From: the human T2T-CHM13v2.0 reference genome, Homo sapiens
Length of the DNA stretch: 64,000 bases
NCBI RefSeq assembly: GCF_009914755.1
Contig: NC_060935.1
Direction: 5' to 3' (one strand)
The position numbers and the translations under genes were made by a program. Below the pieces are notes generated by a model that saw nothing but the letters and a program-made list of their open reading frames with translations, searched no databases and was not told the DNA's origin. Every line of letters begins with the position of its first letter. Within the stretch, counting starts at the first letter, position 1. Of the stretch, positions 40,231 to 55,391 are shown piece after piece.

Positions 40231-43200
40231 TAATCTATTAGTCTATCGTGATCTCCCAGTGGAAGTATCTTTGGCCTTTGTGGACGTCAGGAAAGCCCTA
40301 CATTCCCACTCGCGATTCCATGTTTATGGGTACCCTAAATGCTCCCATTAATTGACCAACTTTACCCTGATCTTCTTTCAATATCTTTCTGACTCCTTGA
40401 AGGTATGAGACAAAATGGAAACTGAGAGGTTAAAAGGTTTACTAGGTTGCATTCAATTAGCGAATTGGAAACTGGAAGGAGCTCCTATCGGGTCTCAGGT
40501 CAGAACGTGAGTGCTTTTGGCCAAAGTTCACTTCTGAGGAAGTAGAATTTCGCTTTCTGGAATCTTGCGATATTTTATTTCCTCTATATCTTTCCCATGC
40601 CCCCGACCCACCCAATCTCCACAAATTTGGGGATTTGAGCACTGGGTTGTGATCGTTAGACCATCTTGCTTTTCTGAAAGCCCAGGGCAAGACCCCTGCT
40701 TCATGTCACAGTATCAAACACAGACATAGAAGCTTGTACAAATTATTGAGAAGTTATTGTCTTTTCTCCCTTCCTCCATATGGAGTCATCTCTATGCCCT
40801 TTCATACAGATGTGATTTACGAAGACCTCTGGGTTAGGGGTGGGGTGGTGAGCAAGAATCCCGTGGCAGAATCTGCTAACACACTTGAGAAGCAATGTTG
40901 TGGTTTTAAGGAACTCAGTCTAAAGCTTGAACCTGATTTTCAGGGATACCATTTTGCTGCCGTTTCAGCCCATTTCTCTTGTTAAGATCGCTCTCTGGTA
41001 GAGTTGACGTGACACTCATTTCTGTTGTGGGTGGGGCCCTGGTTGGGAGGCATTGGCTCCACTGCAGCCTGGGTGTCTAGAGACCACATTCTCACCCTGC
41101 CTTTGTTACTGGGAAACCGAACGCGGCGCTGTGGCTTTCAGCTTGGGTAAGCCGGGTCTGCGGCGGGGATTGCCATCTGAAGACAGAGGCAGGAGGGCAG
41201 CCACACCTTGCCCAGGTTCTCTTAAATCTCTTGCTCTATAACTGAAAGGAGGGCATAGATAATTAACTTTATTTGACATTTTTCATATCTAATTTTTAAG
41301 AATATGATTTTAAAATAATAGATTTGTTCTAAAGAGCAAACAATCTTGCTGTTATTAAAAACGTGTTTACTTAAATTGAACGGGGTTTCAAAGGGCCAAG
41401 CTACTAAGCTGTGCAGGAAACAAACAGTGCAGTGAGGAGAATGGCTCCTCACCACAGCTATTCTTAGGGTGGGACATAGTTTCAAGCCAAATGACATTGA
41501 TGTCCGGAAACCAGGATGTGCTGAAGTAGAAATTTCCAGGGATCCCTCAGAGTTATTTGCTAAAATGTTTATTATTCTTCAGAGGGGGGTGGAAATATTT
41601 CTTTAAGAGTCTTCCTTGAAGAATTTTGAACTCCAGCTTTGGAGTGATGGGAGCACAGTGCAGGGAAGGCGGGATGTGAGGTGGTGTGCTGGACGGCAGT
41701 CTAGGGACCTGGTCTAGCACTGGCAGAGCTGTGTGTCCCAGAGCACACATTCCCCTTTGCCAGGCTTTAGTTTCCTCCTCTAGGCAAAAGGGTTTGAACC
41801 TGACCATCTTTAAGATCCATTTTAACCCTCAGATTCTGTGGCTGTGGTGATTGGGGGTGGTGGGAGTACCTGGGGGTCAGCAGGATAAGCACGAATCTGT
41901 GAGAGCTGAGAACAGGTGGGAGAAGCCTTCTAAGGATGAGGCAGGAAAGATTAGCAAGAGCCCTTAAATGGATTCTTTAGGGCCTTCAGAATTTTGGCTA
42001 AAGGCTATACTAGTGGAGGTACTAAGACCTGACACCTGGAGCCTTTATTAAGGATGTTAGAATCCACTCCCATGACAACATCCCAGCTTTGCCAATTTGC
42101 CTCATGTGTCTCAAGCTGGTGGGAATGTAGAAGTGGATGAAACAGACTGTTTTGTGATGGCAGGGAACAGCCTATGCACAGGGGCAGGTGCTCTACTGGT
42201 GTCTTCTATAAAACGCCAAAGCAGCCCGCCAGAAAATGGACATTTAGGCACTCGTGGTGTCTACTGAGTTTGTATGGTACTGATGAGCTTGCTTGACTGA
42301 TTATCCATGACTTACTGAGTAGATCGAACGTATGTGGACTCACTTCTCCTAGAGGAAGACCCTGTGGCTGCCCCAGCCACTGAGCAGCCTAACCTGGAGA
42401 CCCTGATGTGCCCAGAAAGCGTCAACCTTGTATCTGGAGAAACCAGAACTTGCAACAGGGCCAAGCAGGGTGGCCCATTTAAAGAGGCTCCTAGGGTTTT
42501 AATTGACCTTGTTTTAAAAGAGACACCCTGTAAAATACTCCTATGAAAACTTATTTCACAAGCACCTAACCGCATTCTGTCTTTGGTTTGTTTTACGGGG
42601 CCGGGCCCCTTGTTCTGGTCAATTGGTCTGCATTATCTCTCCTCCTCCAATCTCACCACACACCCTGGCCTCTGGGAGGCTTCCTCCCTTCTTTTTTTTT
42701 GTTTGTTTTGTTTTTTTAGCATCTTAGTTGTTACTAGGGGTACTTGCCTACTTATTTAAAATATGGCCAGTATAGGTGCATACAAAATGTGCTTTCTGAT
42801 TAAAACAAAGCCAAAAATAAAAAGAAACCAAAATGCCTATTATAGTAGTTGGATTTTTAGACTAACAGACCACCTCATTAACCCTGTCATTTTACCATAA
42901 CAACTTATTTTTATCTTTGTATGACCTTGTCTCAATGTCCTTTTTCTTTGATGTTGTTGCAATTATGAACATCAAATTTCATAGCTGCTTTTCCACCCCA
43001 CTTTCTATCACAGAAGCACAATAAATAATCTTGGGGGCTGGGCTCTTGTTGGCCCAACTGTGGCTTCAAAACATTTCAGTTGCCTGTCCAGCCCTTTCTT
43101 AGCCTGATACAACATCCCCCAAAAGTCTGTTGAGCTTTTCCTGGAATAAGAAGAGGGTCTTCTACTTTTTGAATAGAGCAATGGAGATTGGAGAATATGG

Positions 43201-43604
43201 TCATCTTGTGGAGGTTATTCCAGGCTTCTTCTTAGGAACCTTAAAAAAAATCTCCTCAGTAGGGCTGATGATATATTCTGGACAATAAGGTGAGCAGAGT
43301 CTGAAAGATGAGAGCAATTTTCAATCTTGTCATGATTTCATCTAGTCAGCCTCATTTCATCTAGTCATGAGGCTGACTAATGATAAGACTTGCTTTGTCT
43401 TTGCAGTGTACTCTAGATTTGACTCTAAATTCAGCCTCTGTCTTGATCATGCCCACTTAGAAAATTAGAGTGCAGCTAGCTCACCTTTTAGTCATCTTAA
43501 TTCCACTAGGCAGAAGGCTGTGGGTCAAGGAATGTTGATGGAGTAAAATTTGACTGCATGTGTATCTGAAGGGGTAGGAGGCTAAGAGATTTTATGGCTT
43601 GGAA

Positions 43605-43830
43605 GCTGCTGAGATGTGGTGTAAAGAACACTGGACTTAGAGTCCAGACACCTGAGTTTAAGCTGGACTCTACCACTGGGTAGTTGAATGACTTTGAGTG
43701 AGTTATATAAGCTCTAGCATCTAAGTTTTCTCATCTGGAAAATGGAGTTAATAACATCTACTGCATTGGGCTGTTGTAAAGATTAAATTAACAAAGAATG
43801 TGAAAGCACCTGAACAAAAGCTTGTGAGTA
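43605..43830 (+). mobile_element. MIR SINE
   Basis: aagaacactggacttagagtccagacacctgagttt..ttttctcatctggaaaatggag..gattaaat. Confidence 0.85.
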
Positions 43831-43938
43831 AATAATTAGTAATTTGTGGAATGAACATCAAGGGAAGTCTTCAATTTGGGTGTTTTCAGTGAGTTTCTGT
43901 TGGGTCAGAGTGAATGGATATTAAATTCTGGGATTTTG

Positions 43939-43941
<3 letters not shown>

Positions 43942-43971
<30 letters not shown>
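43942..43971. repeat. (TG)15 microsatellite
   Basis: Read directly. Confidence 0.97.
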
Positions 43972-43972
<1 letters not shown>

Positions 43973-44820
43973 CGATCAACATTGGTTCTTCACTGTGACC
44001 TTAGGAAAGAAATGCAATAGGGTTTTTATTGGGAAGGTGGGTAGCAGGGAGATGCATGAACCATATTAAGGGGGGACCTCCAAATTGAACCTTGTTTTGA
44101 GTCAACTGCAAACCACAACCAAGGAGGTCCTGGGAGACCTGGGGTGACTTGGGGTGATTGGGTATGCAGCACATTCCTGTTCTTGTGTCCTGATGCCTGG
44201 CAAGTAGGGACCTGCAGAAAATACTGATTCTCCTCCAGGCAGTTCACATGACTAGCTTTTAGGAGTGAGTATACCGTTGCCCACCCCTAAAATTCTTGAT
44301 CATGTCTCCAGATGTCTACTGACCACTGATGCTGAGGTCATGAATCTTGGGCATTCTAGAGGCTTTGGGAAAAAAAATTCTACTTACTTCTTTTGCCCAG
44401 ACACTCTGGGGTCTACCTCTTGGTAAATTATTCAAATGAGGTTTCTGGTCATGCAAATGTGGTTTCTAGAGCCTATTTGAATTGAACAAGTAGTTCTTAT
44501 TATTAGTAAAACAGCAAGGATCCCTAACTTGGGGTCCAAGGGTAAATTCAGGGTTTCTGTGAACTTGGATGTAAAAAAAAATTGTCTTTATTTTCAATAA
44601 TCTCTAACTAGAATTTAACATTTTCTTTCAATATGAATGTAGGCAAAACTCCATGGTAGTATTAGCTGCAATTGTGACTATCACCAGGATAAATCACATT
44701 TTCATGTCTTATTACACCTATTACATATATCACAAAAAGTGGGTATTTGATATCAAGTTAGATCTGCACTAGGTAGATATTCTTATTTAATGTATTAACA
44801 AGGAAGCACATATATTGTTA

Positions 44821-45132
<312 letters not shown>

Positions 45133-45652
45133 TTATTTTAAAAAGTATTTTGACATTGTCTTTTAATATAAATTTTTTTAAATCTTATAATATTTTAATT
45201 TGTCATGTAAAAATATTATTTTGAGAAGAGGCCTGTAGGCCTCACTAGATTACAAAACAGATCCATCGTACAGATGAAAGGTTAAGAACACCTCATTTAC
45301 AGCATTCTCTCACACACGACTAACGAAATGACTTCTGAACAGCGCCAGTTGATAGATGTTCTCTGCCAAAAGGGGAATATGATCTTCCCATATGTTCCTG
45401 CCTATGGGTAGCCTTGGAGTTGTGAAGGGACTTTGGCATAATGAAGATGATAATAAGAATGATAATGGTAATTTGTTGAGTGCCTGCTGTAAGCCAGGTG
45501 GTTACAGTCCTGTTCAATGTCATGTTTAGTTTAATCCTCCCAATGACCTCAGGAGGTAGTGCATGGAACAAAGACAGAAGAGATCCCCTGCCCACCCACG
45601 GTAATGAAACATGGGTACAGGTGAAGGCAAAAGTGGGGACTGACCCTTTGGA

Positions 45653-45830
45653 GATGGCTGATGTCACGAGTGTGCAACCTGTGCAGTTCCACGGGGCCCC
45701 ATGCTTAGAAAGGTTCCATGTTTGGTTTAAGGCTCTGCTGTTGCCATCTTAAAATTCTTCGTAAGTTTTGAACAAAGGGCCCTGCATGTTCCTTTTACAC
45801 TGAGCTCTGCAAATGATGTAGCTGGTCCTG
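45653..45830 (+). mobile_element. MER91A-like hAT-Tip100 MITE
   Basis: gtgtgcaacctgtgcagt..ggtttaaggctctgctgttgccatcttaaaattctt..tgcaaatgatgtagctggtcctg. Confidence 0.8.
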
Positions 45831-47114
45831 CCTCTGGTTATGGTGAAATGGAATGTATGACAACTCCTGAGACTGGGAGTCTGGGAAGCTGCTGCGGAGA
45901 GCCCTCTCCTCATTTTCATCAGGCTCAGCTACGCAACCTCTGGTGGAAAGCTATGGCCTGTTGAGGAGGGAGGATGTCGTTTTTGAGTTAGTGAGTTTTC
46001 CAGTTTTGTTTGAGCTCCAAAGCTTTCCTCCAAACAACTGGAAAGATGGCTGAATAATTGGCTGAAAGGGATTTAATCCCTTGAAAAACCTTTCTGGTAG
46101 GGAGTTGCTGGCAATACTGGTGGGTTTTTCATGATTTTATTTTACAGAGGGCTTGCTACGTAAACCAGTGAGCCAGGAGAAACAGAATAAAGTCTGTTCT
46201 GGAAGGAAAAATGAGACCTGGTGTGCCACGAGTCTAGTGTTCTCATAGGAAGGCTCTAAAAACAAACTCAGCTTTCCTGCTATTGAATGATTATCTCTAT
46301 AAAAGGAAACTTTACTTCTTCTAAAGGAGAGGTCGTCTAATTTGTGAGAAAATTCAGATGTTATTTGCTTCTTAAGCTGCAAGGATGCTAATGAAATAAT
46401 TCTCATGAAGTTCTGTTGGTGTTTTAGGGCTAAGTTTTTATAGACTGTTCCAAAATTCAAAACAGGGATGTGGACGTAGTGATGGTGGAAGAGGGGAAGA
46501 CTTTTCCTCGATTTCTTTGCCTGAGGGATGGAATTCAGGCTCCCCCAATAACATATTCATGGTCTTTCTCTGGTCAGTCAGTGATGTTCATAACACAAGC
46601 AAGCCTGTCATCAGGACCAATCTGTGATGGCTGAGACATCAGGTGCTCTTCCAAAAGAGCCATAATTCACCCTTCATTTCCCAAGGTTTTTTTTTTCTTG
46701 CTGTTATTACTGCTCTTTTATCATGGTTAATAAGTCTGAGGTGGCTTCAGACAGCCAGTCCTAACCCCTGAGTCAATCTGGGGCCTCTAACAGGAAGCCA
46801 GACTGAAGTTCTGATAGATGGGTTTGAGTGGCTGTGAACTGTGTTTCTGTAGCATCCAGACTGATTTGCACTGAAAGGGAGCTTCCATATTAGGGTACAA
46901 GGATGATCAATATGTCTCCTGTTTATATTTGGTGGAAAAAGTTGTGGGAATCGTGCTTAAAGGATCTCAACTTTGAAATTAAAAGTATAACGTCCTAACA
47001 GACATCCTCCTTCTCTTTAGAAACACAAGGATCCATTTTCAAGTAATTTCAAAAGAACTATGTTGCTTTCCCCACCCCTTCCCAAGTACACTTATTATAA
47101 TATATCCAGTCCAT

Positions 47115-47285
47115 TTGCTAGCTTTGTGTCTTTAGAAAAGTTGCTTAACCTCTCTCTGTAAAATGGTGCTTATATTAGTACTAACATTCAGGGTTATTGT
47201 GAGGATTAAATGAGGTAATTCATGTAATGACTAGTTCTATTTCTAGCACAATTTAAACCCTCAACAAATATGAACTATTATCACT
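47115..47285 (+). mobile_element. MIR SINE
   Basis: aagttgcttaacctctctctgtaaaatgg..gggttattgtgaggattaaatgag. Confidence 0.8.
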
Positions 47286-47851
47286 GTCATAGTTTTTGTT
47301 GTTGTTTTCTAATTATATAATCTTCAAGATTCTGAGATGGGGGCTGTTGCTCTTTCCTTGACTTGAACATCTTGGTCTTTTCCTAGGAGGAAACTTGACT
47401 CTTGAAATGGTCAAATCCATTGTCCTAGTTCATCCTGACCCCTCCCTGGCTCCAATCCCCACCCCTTACCGTCCTCCACCCTTCCTACATTCCTGCACAG
47501 TTGGTCTTATTTATTTTTCAGTCAACTAAGGGTGTTGTTAAATCTTTTATTTTTCTGCTGCCCGATTTGGTTCTAAGCACTCCACTCCCTATGCTGCTCA
47601 TAACAAGAATGCCTGGGAACGCTCAGTCAGCCATATCCCTCCCCTGTCGGAACACCCAGTTCTTAATGCTCCTGGAGAGGCAACATTTCTGAGGCCCCAC
47701 TGCCATAAGCCCCCCTCCCCCATGAAGCCAGTGGTCTGGTAGTAATGAACCCCCAACGGCCCGGAGAAAACTGGGGCAAGGTGTTTGTCTGGGGAAATGT
47801 TGCATGTTGCCTTGACTGTGCTTTCTTCTACAAAGCTTAAAAAGAGATATT

Positions 47852-48208
<357 letters not shown>

Positions 48209-49189
48209 TGAGTGCTGATGCCATTGCTTAATTAATGTTGTTCATGATCTCCATTTGGGCGATTTGTTTAGCTCCTTGTGGCCCTTTTTGGACTTAGCTT
48301 ATCATGCGACATTGACAAATTAATGAGAAGTGAGCATGTGATGATGCTTGGATTAGGACAGAAATCACATCTAGGACATCTCAGGCCCTTTCCACCTGGG
48401 ACCTGAGACCTCAAATCTCTTGGCAGGAGATGAGTGGGTCTACACAGCCCGATTTTGAGGTAGGTGTGGCTAGCCTCATTTATGCGATGGGAAAACTGTG
48501 ATCCGGGAACCAGGGGTTTTCAAATTATGCTTTTTGCCCAGGGCTGGATGTAGGATGTCTGGGGGAGAGGCTTGACTGAGATCTGGGTACACTGAGCCTC
48601 CACTTTAGGAGGTAACCTAGAGACTACACCTACTCCCTAAACTGTATTGACTTTTGGAAGTCAACCATTTAGAAGAGTGTGGTTTTGGTTTCGATCGTAT
48701 CCCAGCAGTCTTTTCTCTGCCCTTGTTAATCTGATTCATGATCTGAACCTGGGCTGGCTGGAGGCTGGCCATGTCACTTTGCAGACCATGGACACCCCTG
48801 AGTGCCCTCACAGAACCAGCCAATGGAAAAGTACAACGTCTTCTGGCTTCTCAGCCTTGCCATCTCCCTCTGGCCTATTTGATACCCCCTTTTATATTGA
48901 GGGAGTGAAAATGTAGCATCCAAACTGAAAACGCAGGTTTTTCTTTGGTTTTTATAGGAAAAACAAATTGGCATGAACACTCAGTCAAACCAGCTCAGGC
49001 TGTTTGGGCAGATGCCTTTCTTTGCTTTTTTCTGTTTATTTTCCTACAAATCAAGGCTTAACTGCGTTGTTATCGGAGCAGAGCAACAGGTGCAAAAAAA
49101 TAACTCTGCTGCCAACTCAAATGAAAAGGTAGGGCTTATACCCTCTGGGAGGTATTCAGAAGATAACAGAAGCCCCTGCCAGCAACTGA

Positions 49190-49300
49190 ATTAACAGCTC
49201 TGTTTACGGTGGGTTTTATGTTAACAACCTGCTCCTGACCCTCCTACACATAAACACACCATTGTCTCAGAGAGAGACATTCAGCCATCCAGACAACCCA
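49190..49300 (+). promoter_or_regulatory. EHF: Candidate promoter of the long-isoform first exon
   Basis: Forkhead motifs TGTTTAC 49201-07 and TAAACA 49251-56, CATAAA 49249-54, in repeat-free DNA upstream of ATG 49421. Confidence 0.4.
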
Positions 49301-49420
49301 CTGCTTTATTCTGCCCTGAGTGGAGATTGGTTTTGGCTCAGGCTGCTTTGTGAAACTCAGAAGCATTATCCTCTCTGCCAACTCCACGTCCTAGTCAGAG
49401 TTTTCTGTGAAGGCAAGGGC

Positions 49421-49483
49421 ATGGGGTTGCCGGAGAGAAGAGGATTGGTCCTGCTTTTAAGCCTAGCTGAAATTCTTTTCAAG
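49421..49483 (+). CDS. EHF: Coding part of alternative first exon of the long EHF isoform (MGLPERRGLVLLLSLAEILFK, then I from exon 2 ATC; +22 aa)
   Basis: Strong Kozak GGCATGG; 63 nt to donor AAG|GTTGGT (49484); splices in frame to ATC-ATG of exon 2; matches my recall of the long EHF isoform N-terminus. Exon 5' end not determinable (~49.28 kb). Confidence 0.88.
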
Positions 49484-51764
49484 GTTGGTCATTCTCAAAT
49501 GCCAGAGAGGGTTGCCCGGCTCTCTCTGCTCTTGCCCCATTCCATTCACAACAGGAGGTGGGGAATGAGCTCAGATGACTTTGGAAGGAGCCACTATTAT
49601 TTTGGAAGCCGTGTCCTTGTGAATAGTCCATCAGGGTAGGGCAGCGTCTATGTTTTGTTAACTATTGTATCGCCAGCACCTAGCAAAGTGCCCAGCATCT
49701 AGTAGACACTTGGTAAATATGTATGAATTACAGAGGGTCTGAGACAATATTGTAATGGCCGGATAAGCATTTCTTGGTAATAGTTTCTTTCTGCTGAAAG
49801 CTGAGAGACTAATTGTCTTCTGTATGAGGGCTTAAGTCCAGGGTAATTAAGTAATCTTTTGAAGGACTGAGATGGAGGTGGGATGGGGTTAGGGTGGCTT
49901 GGCCAGCCTTGAGATGCTCCTGATGCAAGTAACCATCAGAGAGATCCTCTGCAAGCGCTATATTCTGGGGCCAGATTTGTCTGTTCGGACTTCAGAACTC
50001 ATACTTTTGAGTATCCAATTATTGTTGAATTTGACCATTTGGTATTAATAGAACTAAGCAATTCCCTCAAGTTGGCAAATAATATAATAGTAGGTTATCT
50101 GCAGATGGATTAGAGGTTGAATTCTCTACATTGAATCTTTTGTCTCTAACTTTATAAGGACTTGCTTGCATTTATGGACATTTCTTTCAAGGCTGGTATC
50201 TCCTGGAGTTGATCATCTTGTGGTGGGAAAGGGAAGGGAGGCAAGTGGGTAAGTCTATATAGACCAGAAAATCTCAATGGCGAGAGTGTTCAAGACTTCG
50301 TTAAGGGAGGTTCTCAGAAATGCAGATTTTAGTTTAGAGATCTGGGGTTTCAGTAGCCAAACATTGTTGACTCTAACAACATGGGGGTACTGAGCATTAG
50401 GACCTATTTTATTTCAAGTTGGCAAATAATACAGTGATAGGTTGTCCACAGAGGCCCACAGAAAACAAGCAAAACCAGGAGGATGTAAATGTTTGGAAGA
50501 AGAGGAGAGTCAAAGTTTCTTTTGAGGCCTCAAAAGCCTCTGTGATGTTTTACAATCTGAAGCTTGCCCTATTCTTAATCATATCTGATGGGTTTGATAA
50601 AGGCCCTGGGGGTCATCTTAGGCAAGCTTGTCTTTTGATCAACTTGGGTGCCTGCCACTGTCAGTATGTGCTGCCTAGCCTGGGTCTGACACCAAGACTG
50701 ATAAAGATCAGCATACTATGTATATTTCCAAATGGCTTACAGTCAATAAAGTGTACCTATAATGGATCCAGACTTGGCCTCCCAGTGCTGCATTATTGGT
50801 CATGAAAACCCTTGAAACCCCAGCAATAATACCTCAGATGTTGCCCCTGGGAACGTGAAAAATGTCTGTTTCAAAACACATTATAAGGCTATGAAATTAT
50901 CTGTGATGTAATCCCAAGAGAATCAAATACATTCCCCAAGCTTGATTCACAATTCAATTCATTTGTAAAAACACAAATGATTGTATGTATTATATTCAGT
51001 TGCCTTTCACATGTACATGGATTTTTTTTTTCTCTTATTTGGGAGTAGTCCTTTGAAACGACAGTCATATTGAAACAGGAAGTCAGTAAGCTGTTGCAAC
51101 ATCCTTAGGGCAAATGCTGTGAATTCACCTGCTGGTAACTTTGATTAAGGACTGAGAATGGTGTGGGTATCGCTGTCATCACAAAAGTAATTATTTAAAA
51201 GGACTAATTGCTCCTTTGGCTTCAGAGGTAAAAATGCCCACATGGCAGCCAGTTCTGTGGCAGTTTGGGGATAATGTGGTTGGATGAATAAGGGAGCTAG
51301 GAAGAAGGCTGATGGTGGCCTTGACTCTCAATCCCCTGGGGCTGGGGACAGGGAATGCAGGTGCAAGCCCTGGTTAAGATCTGCTCCGTGGCCCTGGTGG
51401 TTCCCAGTGTACCTTCACCCTTGCAGCAGGAGCAAACCATGCTGTCTGGCCTGAGGTCTGATTCAGGTAAAGCATAAACAATTATGGACCAGTCGATTTC
51501 CCAAATACAAAATTAAAATAACTTTATTGAGTCATAGGGGGATAATTTACATTATATATGCACGTATGTATTTATGCATGCATATGAATATATATACATA
51601 TATTTGTATATAAGCTTGATAAAGGTGTAAGGCAGCAGACGGCACAGGGAGAATGCTGTGACCATGTCTAGAATGGGAGTCAAAGTGAGAATGAGTCTTC
51701 TCTGGCAAAGCACCCTCTTCTCAGCAGAGAGTGGCCCAGTTCCCAGGTTTTATTGCAAGACAAT

Positions 51765-51990
51765 CTGAGTTTGAATTCTCTTCCAGTTCCAATTCTTTCT
51801 AAACTGTGTGACCTTGAACAAGTCACCTAACTCCTCTGTGCCTCAGAGAGGCCATCTGTTAAATGACATAATGCCTCCTAGAGTTGTTGTGAGCATTGAT
51901 TGAGATAATCTGTTTAAACCAGCAGTGCAGAGCTGGTACATTTTAAGTGTTCAGTAAGTCCTAATTACTATAATATAGTTATTATTATTA
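51765..51990 (+). mobile_element. MIR SINE
   Basis: ctgtgtgaccttgaacaagtcacctaactcctctgtgcctcag. Confidence 0.85.
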
Positions 51991-52284
51991 TTTTTAAAGT
52001 GTTTAATCCTGAGTCTCAGTAGCCCCATCACTGAGCAAAAGAAAGACCTCCCTCCAGCTGAGCAGGCCCAAGCTGGCCTGCGTTGGTCTCTTCTGGAAGG
52101 TTCGCTCTGTATATTTAAGAAGGGAGGCCAGTGGAGCAGTCCTTGGGCTTGTTAGGAATCCCGAGGCTGAGCAGAGCCTCCTGGGTCTTGGGATGTGTGG
52201 TTCCAGTTCCCTGCCAGTGGCCCAGGGTTTTTTCTTGCTTTTCTGTCCCTATTAGCCCTAGCCCCAATCCGAAACCTTATTCTT

Positions 52285-52438
<154 letters not shown>

Positions 52439-52994
52439 TGAGCATTCTCTGTGCTAAGGGACTCAGAGGAAAGAGAAACCTTTAGCCGTTCTCTATCAGG
52501 AGCTTGTGTTTTAGACATGCTGCTCTTCCTGGTCTTTTTTTTTTTTTTTTTTGCACCTCCAAACCAGCTATGGTATGTGGGAGTGCAAAGCCTTTGACAA
52601 CACAGAGCTTAGGAGCATATGCCTTACCACTGTTCTTGGCAGCCTTGGCAATGTGTCTAGTGAGAGGAAGGGGGACAGGAGGGATGGCTTTCGTCCTTTG
52701 GGTAAGAACTGTGCCCAGCCAGAGGGGAACATCATGGCTTCTGCAAGCAGAGTCCAAGCCCCGCTGTTTATAGTTCAGCCATAATGGTACGTCTACACAG
52801 CAGCTCTCGGAATAGGGAGTGGGGAGGCATGAGATCTAGTCCTAGGCTCCACTGTGCCAGTCAGCCAGAACTGGAGAAGACTGTACAGATAAGAGAGCTT
52901 TGAAGCTTTGCTCGAAATGAACTTGGCTCTCAATTTCCTCCTTGAGAGTTCAATAAAATAAAAACTACAAGTATGATTATGATTATTATAAAAA

Positions 52995-53225
52995 CCAGCA
53001 AACATTTATCAAATACTTACTATGTGTCATGCTTTTCCAAGCATTTTACAGGTATCATTTCATTGTTGTCTTTCGACAACACTTTTCATGTCATCTCTAC
53101 TTTATAGATGAGGAAACTGAGGTCCTGAGAAGTTAAATAACTTGTCCAAACTTGCCCCATTAGGAAATTGGCAAAGCCAGGATTTGATCTGTGGCCATGT
53201 AACTCCAGAGCCTGGGGCTCCCAAC
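52995..53225 (-). mobile_element. MIR SINE
   Basis: tttatagatgaggaaactgaggtcctgagaagttaaataacttgtccaa. Confidence 0.88.
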
Positions 53226-53583
53226 CATGATCCTGCTTCTGAGGAGTCTACTCCTACCACAAGGATGTCCCCAGTGCCAGCCAACACAGTTTAAACAGAG
53301 ACTCATGGGCAGACCCTCTAATAAGCATAGACATTGACTAGACACTTGCTACATATGAGACGTTATGCTGGGGACTTTACAAATAATCTCATTTAGTCCT
53401 CATATTAGCTCCACCTTCCAAAGTGGAATTTTGTTATGTGGGGAGACTGAGGTGGTAGAGAGGATAGAAATTCTCCAAGGTCAACATAGCCCACCAAGCC
53501 ACAGTACCAAGATTTCAACCCTGGCCGTTTGAATCATGAGCCCTTATTCTTTTAAGAGCTTCCCTCAAGACATGTGGCACCAC

Positions 53584-53883
<300 letters not shown>

Positions 53884-54696
53884 AGACATGCGGCACTACT
53901 AGGCTGCTTTTCAAGCTCCTCACACTCTTGAATGTGTCCTCTCAACTCAGCTTTTAGTGGGATTCAGTCTCTGTGGCTAGGCTTTACCTTCTGCTATGCC
54001 CATATTTGCCACCGACCAGCAGCCAAAATAGGAGACTCTTAAACTTTAGGGTTAGACCAAGTGCTCTGTTCCCCCTGCTCCCCTTCATGGGTCCAGGCTG
54101 TGCATGGTGGTCAGGGTGGTGCTTTTCTGGAAGCAAGCCCTTGACGAAGCAAGCCTGGAGAAGCAGGCGCATGGGGCTGGGATGTGTCTCTGTGTGGCTG
54201 GCACAGAAGCAGTCCAAGTGCTTGGCAACTCAGGGCACTGCGGGAGTTTGTGTGTACCTGAAACTGCCCTTAAAAGAAGTGAGATGCGGAGGCTGGCCTA
54301 TCTCCCGCCATGTCTCAGGCTGGTCATTTAGCACAGAACAGTGCTTTCTTGCTGCAAAAAGAATTTCAGATTGGCCAAGCCCCAGTGGCCCATAATTTTA
54401 GGGGAGCTTATGGCACATTGTAGGGGACTTGCTGCCTAAGGCTAAATAGGTCTTGGCAAGAAGCCTGGCATGTTGTACTTGCCAGTTCTTCAGTCTATTG
54501 GGTAGCACACAGGGCTCCTTCTCTTCAAATAAAGAGTACGATTCTGCCCCACAACTGTGAGTCTTACAAACTTCTGCCCAAAGAGGTGAAGTTTGGGAAA
54601 AATGTCAACCTCTGGACAATCAGTAGTGTCTCAAAATCAAATACACTTCCCTCCAATTGTTCCTACCTATGAAAAAGGATAGGGAAATATATATGA

Positions 54697-55059
<363 letters not shown>

Positions 55060-55391
55060 TAAGAGGTATAGTTTTTCTTTGTGTGTGCAGTTTGTAATAG
55101 CTCAGGTAATAATTTATACAATCTCCCCAGAATACATACCACCTGGGAACAGACAAAGGTGGCTCTGATACCCAGTGTATTCTCTTAAACCTTCACAGAT
55201 CAGGCAATTACTCTATAGGTACCAGGCACTCTGCTGTGGGCTTTGAGGTGCCTTGTCTCATTTAACCCTCCAGCAAGCCTATGCCTATTCTCCGGGAGAG
55301 GAAATGGCACCCAGGAAGGCTAAGGGACAGCCTAAGTTTGTCACGTCAGTAAGAGCAAAGCCTGAGCTGTCTGCCTCCACAAGCTTTTAAC

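Noticed and set aside
42207-42213. TATAAAA as an internal promoter (also TATAAATA near 58588)
   Set aside because: No supporting Inr, upstream motifs or downstream donor.
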